Shown here one piece after another: positions 39,068 through 50,000 of a stretch of 64,000 bases of DNA. The stretch's first letter is position 1. Each line of letters starts with the position of its first letter. A program made the translations under genes and the position numbers. The notes beneath the pieces are model-generated. The model had not been told where the DNA came from. It worked only from the letters and a program-made list of their open reading frames with translations, and ran no database searches. The DNA lies in the NCBI GenBank assembly GCA_964619365.1, contig CAZUDQ010000002.1, forward strand, positions 1 to 64,000, written 5' to 3'. The stretch comes from an uncultured archaeon (lineage in GTDB: Archaea; Altiarchaeota; Altiarchaeia; JAFGQM01).

Positions 39068-39817
39068 ATGGTAAAGCTCACTCGTAAGAAAACTGGTATT
39101 GAAGGCCTCGACATGCTTCTTCCAAAAGGTGTGCCCTCGAATCATCTTATACTTGTTTCTGGACAGGCCGGTGCCGGAAAGTCCATAATGTCTATGCAAT
39201 TCCTTGTGGCAGGAGTTCAGGAACTGGGTGAGAAAGGACTTTTTATAAGTTTTGAGCAAACTCGCGATGATATCGTTGCACAAGCCGAAAACTTTAAATG
39301 GAATATGAACAAGTTAGAAAAAGAAGGCAAGATAAAGATAATGACATTCAATCCCAATAAAGACCATGTTCTAGATATGCTTAAACATATTGACGAAGTC
39401 ATAAAGACTTTTAAACCGGATCGCATAGTCGTTGATTCTATCACCACCTATTCCATATATGCTGAAACCCTGACCTTCTTTGACACCCTGATGAACTATG
39501 GTCTCAAAAAAGAGAACTTACACCTTGCACCCTCGCCAAGATCCGTATCGAGGAAGGCGATAACAGACATCCTCACAAAGATAAAATCCTATAATCTACT
39601 TGCATTTATAATCTCAGAACTCCCTGAAAACTCAGAATATCTCTCCCGCGACACGATTTCAGAGTTTTTTTGTGATGGCGTTATACTCTTAAAACATGTG
39701 CCAATAGGGGACTCTCTTAACCGGAGCATAGAAGTCAGGAAGATGAGGCAGGTGCGGATGCGTGAAGGCTCTCGTTCCTATAACATAACAAAAAAAGGAA
39801 TAGTTATCGAAATATAA
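39068..39817 (+). CDS. KaiC/RAD55-like ATPase (single domain)
   Basis: TGIEGLD, GQAGAGKS, SFEQ, RIVVDSIT, CDGVILL, EVRKMR. Confidence 0.9.
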   Translation: MVKLTRKKTGIEGLDMLLPKGVPSNHLILVSGQAGAGKSIMSMQFLVAGVQELGEKGLFISFEQTRDDIVAQAENFKWNMNKLEKEGKIKIMTFNPNKDHVLDMLKHIDEVIKTFKPDRIVVDSITTYSIYAETLTFFDTLMNYGLKKENLHLAPSPRSVSRKAITDILTKIKSYNLLAFIISELPENSEYLSRDTISEFFCDGVILLKHVPIGDSLNRSIEVRKMRQVRMREGSRSYNITKKGIVIEI

Positions 39818-39818
39818 T

Positions 39819-40946
39819 ATGGATGCCAAAGACAATGTCGTTCGGTTCTACATAAAAAATTATGTTATACCAAGAGCACTCATCTTTGATAAGCCCGGTT
39901 TTGTTGATTTCAGGATATCAGGCAAGACATCAGTATTTGCCCGCCAGATTCTTATGCCCGAAGACCTTTTTGTGGAGTTTGAAAAGTCTATGATTGATAA
40001 GTTCGGAGAGGCTGGCGCCCAGGCGGTTTATTCTGTTGGAAAACGCTTTGGATACAGCTTTGCACAACTGGGTCGTTTTGAGAACATAAAGGAGCACCCT
40101 GGCAACAAAGTCAAGAAATGGATTGGAATTGCCAGTAAATTCGTAGAAGGGACTTATGCAGGCAGGATAGACCAAAAGGTCTCTGTTGAAGAAAAAACAG
40201 TCGATTACAAGCTTAAAAATTTTGTTATCTGCCGGAAACTGGGCTATGATTACCTATTTGCCACAGGGGGAGCGGCAGGGGTGATAGCATGGCTACTTCA
40301 GGATCCGAAGATAGAAGGCTATATGTATAACAGTAAGTCAAAGGGCGAAGAAAATGTTTGCAATGTCTTGTGTGCGACGCCTGCAACAATAAAAAACAAA
40401 TTAAAACAGAACGCATATTCTGAAACAAAAGTAGGGGATTTATACCAAGACCCAATGCAATATGAGGCACTTAACAAAGAAGTCGAGATACAGCAGAAAA
40501 AATCATTCCAGACTTTCTTAGACGCCCGCATATTCAGTTATAAAAAAGGCATAATTTCTCATGATGATGAGCGTTTCTTCCTTCTTGAAGTCACTGGCAT
40601 GTATCTTTTAGAGCTTGCGATGAAAGATGAGAAAATGAAAAAGACTCTATTTGATTCTGCATTTTCCGTCGGGCAAAAAATGTTTGGAGATTCGAACATG
40701 GTGGGCATAACTGAATTTTTGGCTGCCCTTGGATGGGGCGAAGTTACTATAATACCCTCTTCTAATAAAATCAGGGTTGTAATAAAACATTTCCCCTGGA
40801 CAAGATATTACAAAGATGTAGAGTATCTTTTAATAAGAGGTCTCCTTTCAGGAATGCTTTCCCGCATAAAAAAGAAAGACATATTACTCAAAAAACCAAA
40901 AGCTGACCTCAATTCAGGTTTTTTAACACTCTTGTTCGAAAATTAA
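39819..40946 (+). CDS. Tandem V4R-like ligand-binding protein
   Basis: Two related halves: AVYSVGKRFG...GGAAGVIAWLL and GIISHDDERFFLL...LFDSAFSVG...LAALGWGEV...RGLLSGMLS. Confidence 0.65.
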   Translation: MDAKDNVVRFYIKNYVIPRALIFDKPGFVDFRISGKTSVFARQILMPEDLFVEFEKSMIDKFGEAGAQAVYSVGKRFGYSFAQLGRFENIKEHPGNKVKKWIGIASKFVEGTYAGRIDQKVSVEEKTVDYKLKNFVICRKLGYDYLFATGGAAGVIAWLLQDPKIEGYMYNSKSKGEENVCNVLCATPATIKNKLKQNAYSETKVGDLYQDPMQYEALNKEVEIQQKKSFQTFLDARIFSYKKGIISHDDERFFLLEVTGMYLLELAMKDEKMKKTLFDSAFSVGQKMFGDSNMVGITEFLAALGWGEVTIIPSSNKIRVVIKHFPWTRYYKDVEYLLIRGLLSGMLSRIKKKDILLKKPKADLNSGFLTLLFEN

Positions 40947-40966
40947 CCCGTATTAAAGGACAAATA

Positions 40967-41752
40967 ATGATAAGAATCGGCCCAGTCGAAAAGAAAGTCT
41001 ATGAGCTTAGGGCAGACCACCCCGTTGTAATCCCGCAGATAGACCCGAGTAGCCTTGAACTTGATAAAGTCAAATCTTTGCTTAAAGAGATTAAAGCCAT
41101 GGGCATTGATGTAGTTGCAATGGGTGGCAGCATAGTTGATAGGGATTCCTGCAACGAAGTAATTGATGTTGCCGTTAAAGACTTTGACCTTTCAGTTATC
41201 ACTTACCTAACTCAAACAGATCTTGCATCCCTAAATAATTATCCAGGTAAGACTGCAGTGTACTGGATGAGTGTACTGAATTCAGAGAATATGTTTTATC
41301 TAAGGGATGTTCTTGTGATGAGTTCAGTCATGCTTAAGAAAAAAGGTTCAGAAGCAATACCTACAGCATATGTTTTTGACGATCGCGGCCCGCTAAAGAC
41401 AGCAACTTGGCTTTCAAGAGCAACACACGTTCCGCGCGAAAAGCCCACAATAAGTTTATCTCTTGCCGTGCATGCTCAAAACTGCGGATTTAGATTTTAC
41501 ATAATGGCAGGAGGTTCAGGTGCAGAGATTCCACCTCCCGAATCCCACGTAGCTTTATTATCAAAAGAAACTGATTTGTTTATAATGCCTACAAGTGGAA
41601 TCAAAAATGTAAGCCACGCAGAAGATATGTTTAAAGCTAATGCGGATGCCATACACATAGGTAATCTTTTGGAGCAAAAAGATGGTATTGACCATTTGTC
41701 ACAGATAGTCAAAGCCTCAAAGAAATATCCTGGCAAGGACTTCTTGCCATAA
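40967..41752 (+). CDS. Divergent GGGP synthase/PcrB-family TIM-barrel protein
   Basis: PQIDP, DVVAMGGS, MSVLNSEN, IPTAY, VPREKP, GGSGA, SGIK, ADAIHIGN resemble group II GGGPS. Confidence 0.8.
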   Translation: MIRIGPVEKKVYELRADHPVVIPQIDPSSLELDKVKSLLKEIKAMGIDVVAMGGSIVDRDSCNEVIDVAVKDFDLSVITYLTQTDLASLNNYPGKTAVYWMSVLNSENMFYLRDVLVMSSVMLKKKGSEAIPTAYVFDDRGPLKTATWLSRATHVPREKPTISLSLAVHAQNCGFRFYIMAGGSGAEIPPPESHVALLSKETDLFIMPTSGIKNVSHAEDMFKANADAIHIGNLLEQKDGIDHLSQIVKASKKYPGKDFLP

Positions 41753-41781
41753 TCCAAAAACACCCCCCAAAGCAAAATATT

Positions 41782-42507
41782 ATGGCCCACGAAGATAAGG
41801 ACCTAATCGAAAAAATCAAAGAACTGGACTATTTTATCTTTGATTTTGACGGAACATTATACCCCGGTCTTTTATTATCTGAACTCGTCTTTGATTTTTT
41901 AAAAGATTACGGCCTTAAGAATCCTAGCGAACAGTGGCGCTATGACGAGTTGGATTCAATATTCAAAAATCGTGACCTTTATTCTTTTGATGAGTTATGT
42001 AATCGCTCAGCCTTATTGCTTAAAGACGTAGAGCGCGATGAATTACTAAAAAAGCTACCTTTATTCATGGATAAGTGCTATCCCAGTAGTCTTGAACTCA
42101 TAGCCCTCCTTAGACAAATGGGTAAAAAATGTTTTTTAAGCTCCTTAACCATTAAAGAAATTGCATCGGCCGCAAAAGCCAAATATAGCTTTGACGGCTG
42201 TGTTTTTAGGGATTTGGACCAAGTCAAAGTAGATGGCAAAACTCTTTTTACAGGCAAGTACACCAAATCCAATTTGGATTTAGGTAATTATAAGATTGGA
42301 ACAATCGAGGCATTTGGACTCAAGTCCAAGAAATTTCTTATGGCAGGAAATGCTATAGAAGATAAGTGCCTACTCATAGAATCAGAAATCTCTGTAGGGG
42401 TAAATCCTCAAAAAGAACTTAAGGAGGGTATGGTCTTCGATGTCTTTTTAAGTGACCAAAAAGACCCATGGGAAACTCTGGTTGATAATCTTAAAAAAAG
42501 CCTTTAA
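41782..42507 (+). CDS. HAD-IB (SerB-like) phosphatase
   Basis: Motif I FDFDGTL, motif II LSS, FTGK, motif IV variant AGNAIED. Confidence 0.8.
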   Translation: MAHEDKDLIEKIKELDYFIFDFDGTLYPGLLLSELVFDFLKDYGLKNPSEQWRYDELDSIFKNRDLYSFDELCNRSALLLKDVERDELLKKLPLFMDKCYPSSLELIALLRQMGKKCFLSSLTIKEIASAAKAKYSFDGCVFRDLDQVKVDGKTLFTGKYTKSNLDLGNYKIGTIEAFGLKSKKFLMAGNAIEDKCLLIESEISVGVNPQKELKEGMVFDVFLSDQKDPWETLVDNLKKSL

Positions 42508-43223
42508 ATATCTATTACAATACCCTTGCCTTTTTCTATGCGGAAATCAACTGGCTTTAGGTCATGGTCAGTTGCACGCATCTTTGTTATAATAAGTATC
42601 CTCTTATCAAGAGTCTCAATCTTTGAAAGGGCAATTACACCATCAACGACAAATTCTTCAACACCGTGGCGTGAATAGCCTTCTGTCCCAGATACTATTT
42701 CATCAAGAAGGAGTGATGTAAGTTCATTTTCCTGCAAGAGGTAATTAAGTTCGATTATCGCGTTTCTTACTTTGTTCTGGTCAGACTCAAGTAATACGTC
42801 AAGACTTGGAAGTGCGTCAACGACAACACGCTTTGCCCCGATGTTTCTTGCCGTCATAATAAGGTTCTGAACAAGGTGGTTAACATCAAAGTTTTCAGGT
42901 GAAAGAGTGAATTTTTCATCGGATTCAAGACCAAGGCGCACAAGGGAAGCATCGATTATTGCAATCTTGCCCTCTTTTTCAAGCTCAGTTATATCAAGAC
43001 CAAGTTCTTTTAATTCCGCACGGATGTTCTTTGGCTTTTCTTCAAGAGTGAGATATACTCCCGGTTCGCCGTTTTTTGCGCCGTGGATGAGATATGTCAT
43101 TGCAAGAATTGTTTTTCCACATCCACTGCCTCCTGCCAAAAGAACTGTGCGACCTCTGGGAATGCCGCCTTTAAGGAGCGTGTCAAGCTCTGCGATACCA
43201 GTCTCCGCTCGATTAACTGCCAT
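42504..43223 (-). CDS. KaiC/RAD55-like ATPase
   Basis: TGIAELD, GGSGCGKT, TLEE, VVVDAL, VEEFVVDGVI, TKMRAT. Confidence 0.92.
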   Translation of the reverse strand: MAVNRAETGIAELDTLLKGGIPRGRTVLLAGGSGCGKTILAMTYLIHGAKNGEPGVYLTLEEKPKNIRAELKELGLDITELEKEGKIAIIDASLVRLGLESDEKFTLSPENFDVNHLVQNLIMTARNIGAKRVVVDALPSLDVLLESDQNKVRNAIIELNYLLQENELTSLLLDEIVSGTEGYSRHGVEEFVVDGVIALSKIETLDKRILIITKMRATDHDLKPVDFRIEKGKGIVIDI

Positions 43224-43318
43224 TTTTGGGGTTGGTCATATTTTTAACCTCTTATATTAGTGTACGCAATATAAAAATCTTTTTATCGAAGAAACCTTCA
43301 AAGAATGCGAAAAATAAG

Positions 43319-44020
43319 ATGGATGGAGCAAAGATAGCAAAAAAAACCGCAGCAGACGCAGCATGCAAGAAAGTCACAGATGGGATGAATGTAGGACTTG
43401 GTACTGGTTCAACGGCCGAGTGGGCGATAAAACGCCTTGGGAGGATGATGCAAAGTGGCATTAAACTCACATGCGTCCCTTCTTCTATTGCAACCCAAAA
43501 GCTTGCAGAGGACTGTGGGCTTACAGTGATTCCTTTTGAAGAGTTCGTCAAAGCGCCCTTTGCTCTTGATGTCTGTATTGACGGGGCAGACAGGATAGAC
43601 CCATACTTCAGGCTGACAAAAGGGGGTGGAGGAGCTCACACCCGCGAAAAGCTTGTTGCAAAGAACGCTGAGCTTTTTTGTTGTGTTGGCGACCCTTCAA
43701 AACTCTGCGACTCCCTAATCGGGGCGTTCCCACTTCCAGTTGAAGTACAAATGGATGCTTTGGAGGACACAATTCTTGCACTTTCAGAGTATGGTGAACC
43801 CAGCCAGAGAATAAAGGGTGAAGCTGCGCTTATCACAGATAACAGCAATTACATTGTTGACCTCAAACTTTCAGAAGGAGACCCAAGCGCACTTGAGGAT
43901 GAGATTAATTCCATTCCAGGCGTTGTTGATAACGGTTTTTTTACAAAAAGACGCCCAGAACTGGTATTTATCGGCAAGAGCGACGGGTCATGTGATATCT
44001 TAGATTCTCCTGAAAAATAG
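43319..44020 (+). CDS. rpiA: Ribose-5-phosphate isomerase A
   Basis: GLGTGST, DGAD, KGGGGA.TREK, PGVVDNG; start moved to ATG 43319. Confidence 0.96.
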   Translation: MDGAKIAKKTAADAACKKVTDGMNVGLGTGSTAEWAIKRLGRMMQSGIKLTCVPSSIATQKLAEDCGLTVIPFEEFVKAPFALDVCIDGADRIDPYFRLTKGGGGAHTREKLVAKNAELFCCVGDPSKLCDSLIGAFPLPVEVQMDALEDTILALSEYGEPSQRIKGEAALITDNSNYIVDLKLSEGDPSALEDEINSIPGVVDNGFFTKRRPELVFIGKSDGSCDILDSPEK

Positions 44021-44081
44021 GGTTTCTAAACTAGCTTTTTTAAGGCTTCTACAGTAGTAATAAAAGGTATAATCCCTGTAA

Positions 44082-47000
44082 ATGGTCTCAAAAGTAGCAG
44101 TAGTGTTAAGCTTAGCAGTACTTATTATAGCTTTTGCATTCTCCCTTAGCATCTTAAGTCCATTTGAAGAAAGCTTCAACTCATTACAATCGCCCCAAGG
44201 CCTTGCGATAGGGAATGATGACCTATTCGAGTACTTTATTACACCCCCAGAGGCAAACGATACTGAAAACGAAACTGGTAATGGGGATGGACAAGCAGTA
44301 GAGCCAAAATCCGAGAGCGTTTTCCCGCAAATTGAGTTTGTCCCACCGACACCTGATAACGGAACAACTACAACTGACACAAATGCCAGTATAAACGTAA
44401 GCATTACTGAAGAGAATTTAGCCAATGTCAGCTTTAACTGGAGCGGAAGCGACTATTCCCTATATGATGATTCACTCGTCCTGATGATGAATTTTGACAA
44501 TATCAGCTCATTAGGCGAGAATTCAAGCTATGTTGTTGATATGAGTGAGTATGGCAATAACGGTACTGTCAATGGCTCAACCTGGACTTCAAATGGCAGG
44601 TATGGTGGAGCGTATGAATTTGATGGCAATGGTTATTTTATGAATTCAAGTTATATTGAGATTGCCGATTCAAATAGCTTAGATTTAGGAAATGAAATAA
44701 CAGTTTCTACATGGATTAAATTTTATGATTATAATTTTGGGCCATATATTATAACTAAAAGGGATTCTGGTGCTGCTGTAGATAATCATTATGGAATTTA
44801 TTTAAAAAATGAGACCGAAGGAGAAATGACCCCTAAATTTACATGCGGAAATGGGACTCATAGAAATAGTGTTTCTGCCTCTAATGGAAGATTATCCGAG
44901 TTAAATCATTGGTATCATCTTGTTGGAATAAAGGATGATGAATCAATTAGGATATATGTTGACGGTGAATTTGTTGGTTCCAACACTGAACTAAAAAATA
45001 GAAGTGGGGCTATTGTTGATAATGATACTATGGTTACTGGGTGGTCTAATGATGTTCCATTAAGACTTGGTGCATTATATTATTCAAGTCTTGGGGTAAG
45101 TAGATATGGTTTCAATGGTTCAATTGATGAAGTAAGGATCTATAACCAAAGTCTGTCTGCTAATGAAGTAAGATTATTATATGAGTCAAATCTAAAGAAA
45201 ATGGATCCTGATTCCTGGGAACTTTATGTTAACAAGACAAATTTAACTTCTGGAACATATCATTATGTGGCTACTGCTACTGATTCAAGCGGGAATAGCA
45301 ATAGTACGGAGATGAGGTTGTTGACCATTGATAATGTTGCAGATACTATTGCCCCCAATGTGTCAATTAGTTATCCTGTTGGGTATGGGGCTTATGTTAG
45401 TGTTGCATCATTTAATTATACTTCAAGTGAAGCGGGAAGCTGCTGGTATAGTTTGAATGATAGTTCTAATTCAACAGCAGTTGTTGCTAATAATAGTTTT
45501 GCTGGATTGAATTTAGAGGATGGAGATTATAATCTGACTATTTATTGTAATGATAGTTCTGGTAATGTAGGAAGTAATAATTTGAGTTTTGTTGTTGGAG
45601 ATTATTATGGTGCTGACGAAGTTAATAAGTTGTTGGCGAGTGATATTCAATTAAATGATGCTTTTGGTGCTTCTGTCTCAATTTCAGGAGATTATGCAAT
45701 TATAGGAGCCTCTAATGAAGATGAAGGAGGTAATGGTGCTGGTGCAGCCTATATTTTTAATAAAAATTCTAGTGGGACTTGGAATGAAATTCAAAAAATT
45801 CGTTCAAGTGATAATAAAGGCGGAGATACTTTTGGTACTTCTGTTTCAATTTCAGGAGATTATGCAATAGTTGGAGCATTTTATGAAGATAATTCTACTG
45901 GTTCTGTTTATGTTTTCAAGAAAAATTCTAGTGGATTGTTTGAGGAGGTAAGTGAATTAAGAGCAAGTGATGCACAAGAGGGACCTCGTTTTGGTCATTC
46001 AATTTCTCTTTCTGGTGATTGTGCAATACTTGGAGCCGTTTGGGATGATACTAATGGTAATCGTTCTGGTGCAGCTTATATATTTAAGAAAAATTCTAGT
46101 GGTGGTTTTGAGGAAGTTAATAAAATAATAGCTAGTGATGGACAAGCTTATGATTATTTTAGTAATTCAATTTCTCTTTCTGGTGATTATGCAATAGTTG
46201 GAGCATCTGGGGAAGATGCTAATGGTGCTGGTGCTGGTGCAGCTTATATATTTAAGAAAAATTCCACAGGACAATTTGAAGAAATTCAGAAGATTTTGTC
46301 AAGTGATATTGCAGGTGGTGATGCTTTTGGTAATTCAGTTTCAATTTCAGGAGATTATGCAATAGTAGGGGCTCTTACTGAAGATCCTGAATCACTTTAC
46401 AATGCTGGAGCAGCTTATATTTTTAAGAAGAATTCTAGTGGACAGTTTGAAGAAGTAGATAAAATTCAGGCAAGCGATAAAGAAACGATTGATAATTTTG
46501 GGCGGTCAGTTTCCATTAGTGGAGATTATGCAGTTGTTGGGTCTATTTATGAAGATACTGGTGGAAATAATTCTGGAGCAGCTTATATTTTTAAGAAGAA
46601 TAGTAGTAGTGGATTTGAAGAAATTCATAAAATTACTGCTAGTGATGGACAAGCTCATGATTATTTTAGTAATTCTATTTTTATTTCTGGAGAGTATGCA
46701 ATTGTTGGAGCAAGTAATGAGAATTCTTCTGGTGCTGCTTATATGTTTAGATTGAATGAGAGTGTTGCTGATACAACTGCCCCTTTGATTACATTTATCA
46801 CTGAGAATAATACCCAGATATATGCTTCAAGTATTTTGATTGAAGCTAATGTTACTGATGACAGCCAGACATATACGTTCCTGAATGATTCTTCCCTAGT
46901 TGGTTATTGGACTGCTGAGAATGGTGCTAATGACAGCTCTATATATAATAATAGTGGGAATTTTGTTAATGATACTTCAATCACTTCTTCAGGTAAGTTT

Positions 47001-50000
47001 GGAAGTGCATTCAGTTTTGATGGTAATGGTGATTATATAAATACTTCTATAGAGATTCCAGCCGAGAATTTTTCATTTTCCATGTGGTTCTATATGTTAG
47101 ATAATGCAACATCAAGAAATGCTTCTATTAATTTATTATCATCTGATGGGTTTGTGGTATATCAACATCCTGAAAATGATTTGATTTATTTTTATTCAGT
47201 TGGTGCAAGATATATTATTTGGTATCCAGAAATTAATAAGTGGCATCATTTAGCTTGTTCAATTAATTCTGCAGGGAATGCGATAGATAATTATGATGCT
47301 AATTGTTACGCTGATGGTATTTTAAGAAGCCTTAATCAGGATGGTTATTTAAATTCATCAACATATTTGAAGATTTCTTATTCTAGTGCTGCGAACCATT
47401 CTATTAATGGTTCTGTTGATGAATTTATGATTTTTAATAGGAGTTTGAGTTCAAGTGAGATTAGTGCACTATATAATGCAACTGCACAGAACTTCAATAC
47501 TACTGTTGATTTGGTTGTTGGAAATAATATAATTAATTTGGTTGCAAAAGATACTTATGCTAATGTTGTTAGTGAGCAAGTTGTTGTTGAGCGGACCCCT
47601 ACTGCATCTGAGAATGCGTTTGTTTCAACTTGGAATACTTCAGCTGTTTCAAATGTTTCAAGTAATGCATCACAAGTAATGTTGCCGTTAGAAGCTACGG
47701 GAAATTACGAGTTTACAGTTTATTGGGGAGATGGTACTGATGATTATATAACAACATATAATCAAGCAGAAGTAAATCATACTTATGCAACTGAAGGTCT
47801 TTATAATATCTCAATTGATGGAACAATTGTTGGTTGGAGATTTAATAATGTTGGAGATAAGTTGAAGATAACAGATATTTCCAATTGGGGAAGTTTGAAT
47901 GTGGGAAATAATAATGGTTATTTCTATGGTTGTGCTAATTTGGATGCAAGTGCGATTGATGCTTTGAATTTGAGTGGGACAACGATTTTGACCTCTATGT
48001 TTAGAAATAGTAGTTTTAATGGGAGTATTGGTAATTGGGATACTTCTAGTGTTACAAATACTGACTGGATGTTTTTCTACGCTAGTAATTTTAACCAAAA
48101 CATAAGTGATTGGAATACTTCTAAGGTTACAAATATGTTTTATATGTTGGGTGGTGCAAGTAGTTTTAATCAACCAGTAAATACATGGGATGTTTCTAGT
48201 GTTACTAATATGGGATATATGTTTTCTTATATGGATTCATTTAACCAAGACATAAGCAACTGGGATGTTTCTTCTGTTACTTCCATGTATCGTATGTTTC
48301 TTAATGCTGACAATTTTAATCAACCTTTAGATAATTGGGATACATCTAGTGTTACTGATATGGAAAGGATGTTTCAGAATGCAGATAGTTTCAACCAAGA
48401 TATTGGAAGTTGGGATACATCAAAGGTTACTAATATGAATTCTATGTTCTATGGTGCTTTAAACTTTAATCAGCCATTAAATAATTGGGATACTTCTAGT
48501 GTTACGTCTATGAACTATATGTTTAGAGATGGTAATTTGTTTAATCAAAATATTAGTAATTGGAATGTTTCTAATGTAGAATACATGGATTATATGTTTT
48601 ATTCTTGTCCATCTTTTGATCAAAATATTGGTAGTTGGAATGTTTCTAATGTAATAAATATGGATAATATGTTTAATGGTTCAACTCTATCTACTGAAAA
48701 CTATGATGATTTATTATCTGGTTGGTCAAATTTACATAGTTTGCAAGAAAATATTGAATTTCATGCTGGTAATTCAACTTATACAAATTCCGCAGCTAAG
48801 GCCATATTAATTGATAATTATAATTGGACTATTACTGATGGAGGATATTTGGATATAGTTGTTCCCAATATTACATTTATCACTGAGAATAATACCCAGA
48901 CATCCGCTTCAAGTATTTTGATTGAAGCTAATGTTACTGATGACAGCCAGACATATACGTTCCTGAATGATTCTTCCCTAGTTGGTTATTGGACTGCTGA
49001 GAATGGTGCTAATGACAGCTCTATATACAATAATAATGGAACATTTAATGGTAATGCTTCTGTTACAAGTTCTGGTAAGTTTGGCAGTGCATTTGAGTTT
49101 GATGGTGATGGGGATTACATTGAATCATCTGAAAATGGCTCACTAAATATTGGTAGAGATCAACTTACAATTTCTTCTTGGGTTAAATTAAATAATTTTA
49201 TAGATGGCCGTAGTTTTATTGTTGAAAGGAGATTTGAAACTGCCGACCTATACAGCTTATACGTACAGAATAATTCTGCCATTAGTTTTAATATGGAACG
49301 GGGACCTTCACCAACAGGTATTATTAGTAATCCAGATATTTTTTCACTTAACGAATGGCATCATATTTTAGGAACTTATGATGGCGCATCAATTAAAATT
49401 TATTTAGATGGTAGTCTAATTCAGGAAAATTCATCCTCTGGAAATATTGATAATAGTTCAGGAACTTTCAGAATAGGTACAAATGATGGAGCTAGATTTT
49501 GGAATGGTTCTATCGATGAAGTAATGGTTTTCAATCGTTCGTTATCTTCTTCAGAAGTTAAAGCATTATACAATGCAACTGCACAGGACTTTAATGCTAC
49601 TGTTGATTTGGTTTCCGGTAATAATTCTGTTCAGTTGGTTGCTGTTGATACTGAATATAATGTTGCTAGGGAAAGTATTAATGTTGAGAGAAATGATAGT
49701 ACTGCTCCTTCAATTACATTTATAACAGCTAATAATACCCAGACATCCGCTTCAAGTATTTTGATTGAAGCTAATGTTACTGATGACAGCCAGACATATA
49801 CGTTCCTGAATGATTCTTCATTAGTTGCTTATTGGACTGCTGAGAATGGTGCTAATGACAGCTCTATATATAATAATAGTGGAACATTTAATGGTAATGC
49901 TTCTGTTACAAGTTCTGGCAAGTTTGGAAGTGCATTTGAGTTTGATGGTGATGGGGATTATGTGGATGTTGGAAATTCACAAACATTAAATCAAGCGACT

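Noticed and set aside
39068-43223. Circadian Kai clock
   Set aside because: Both ATPases are single-domain and no KaiA or KaiB is present.
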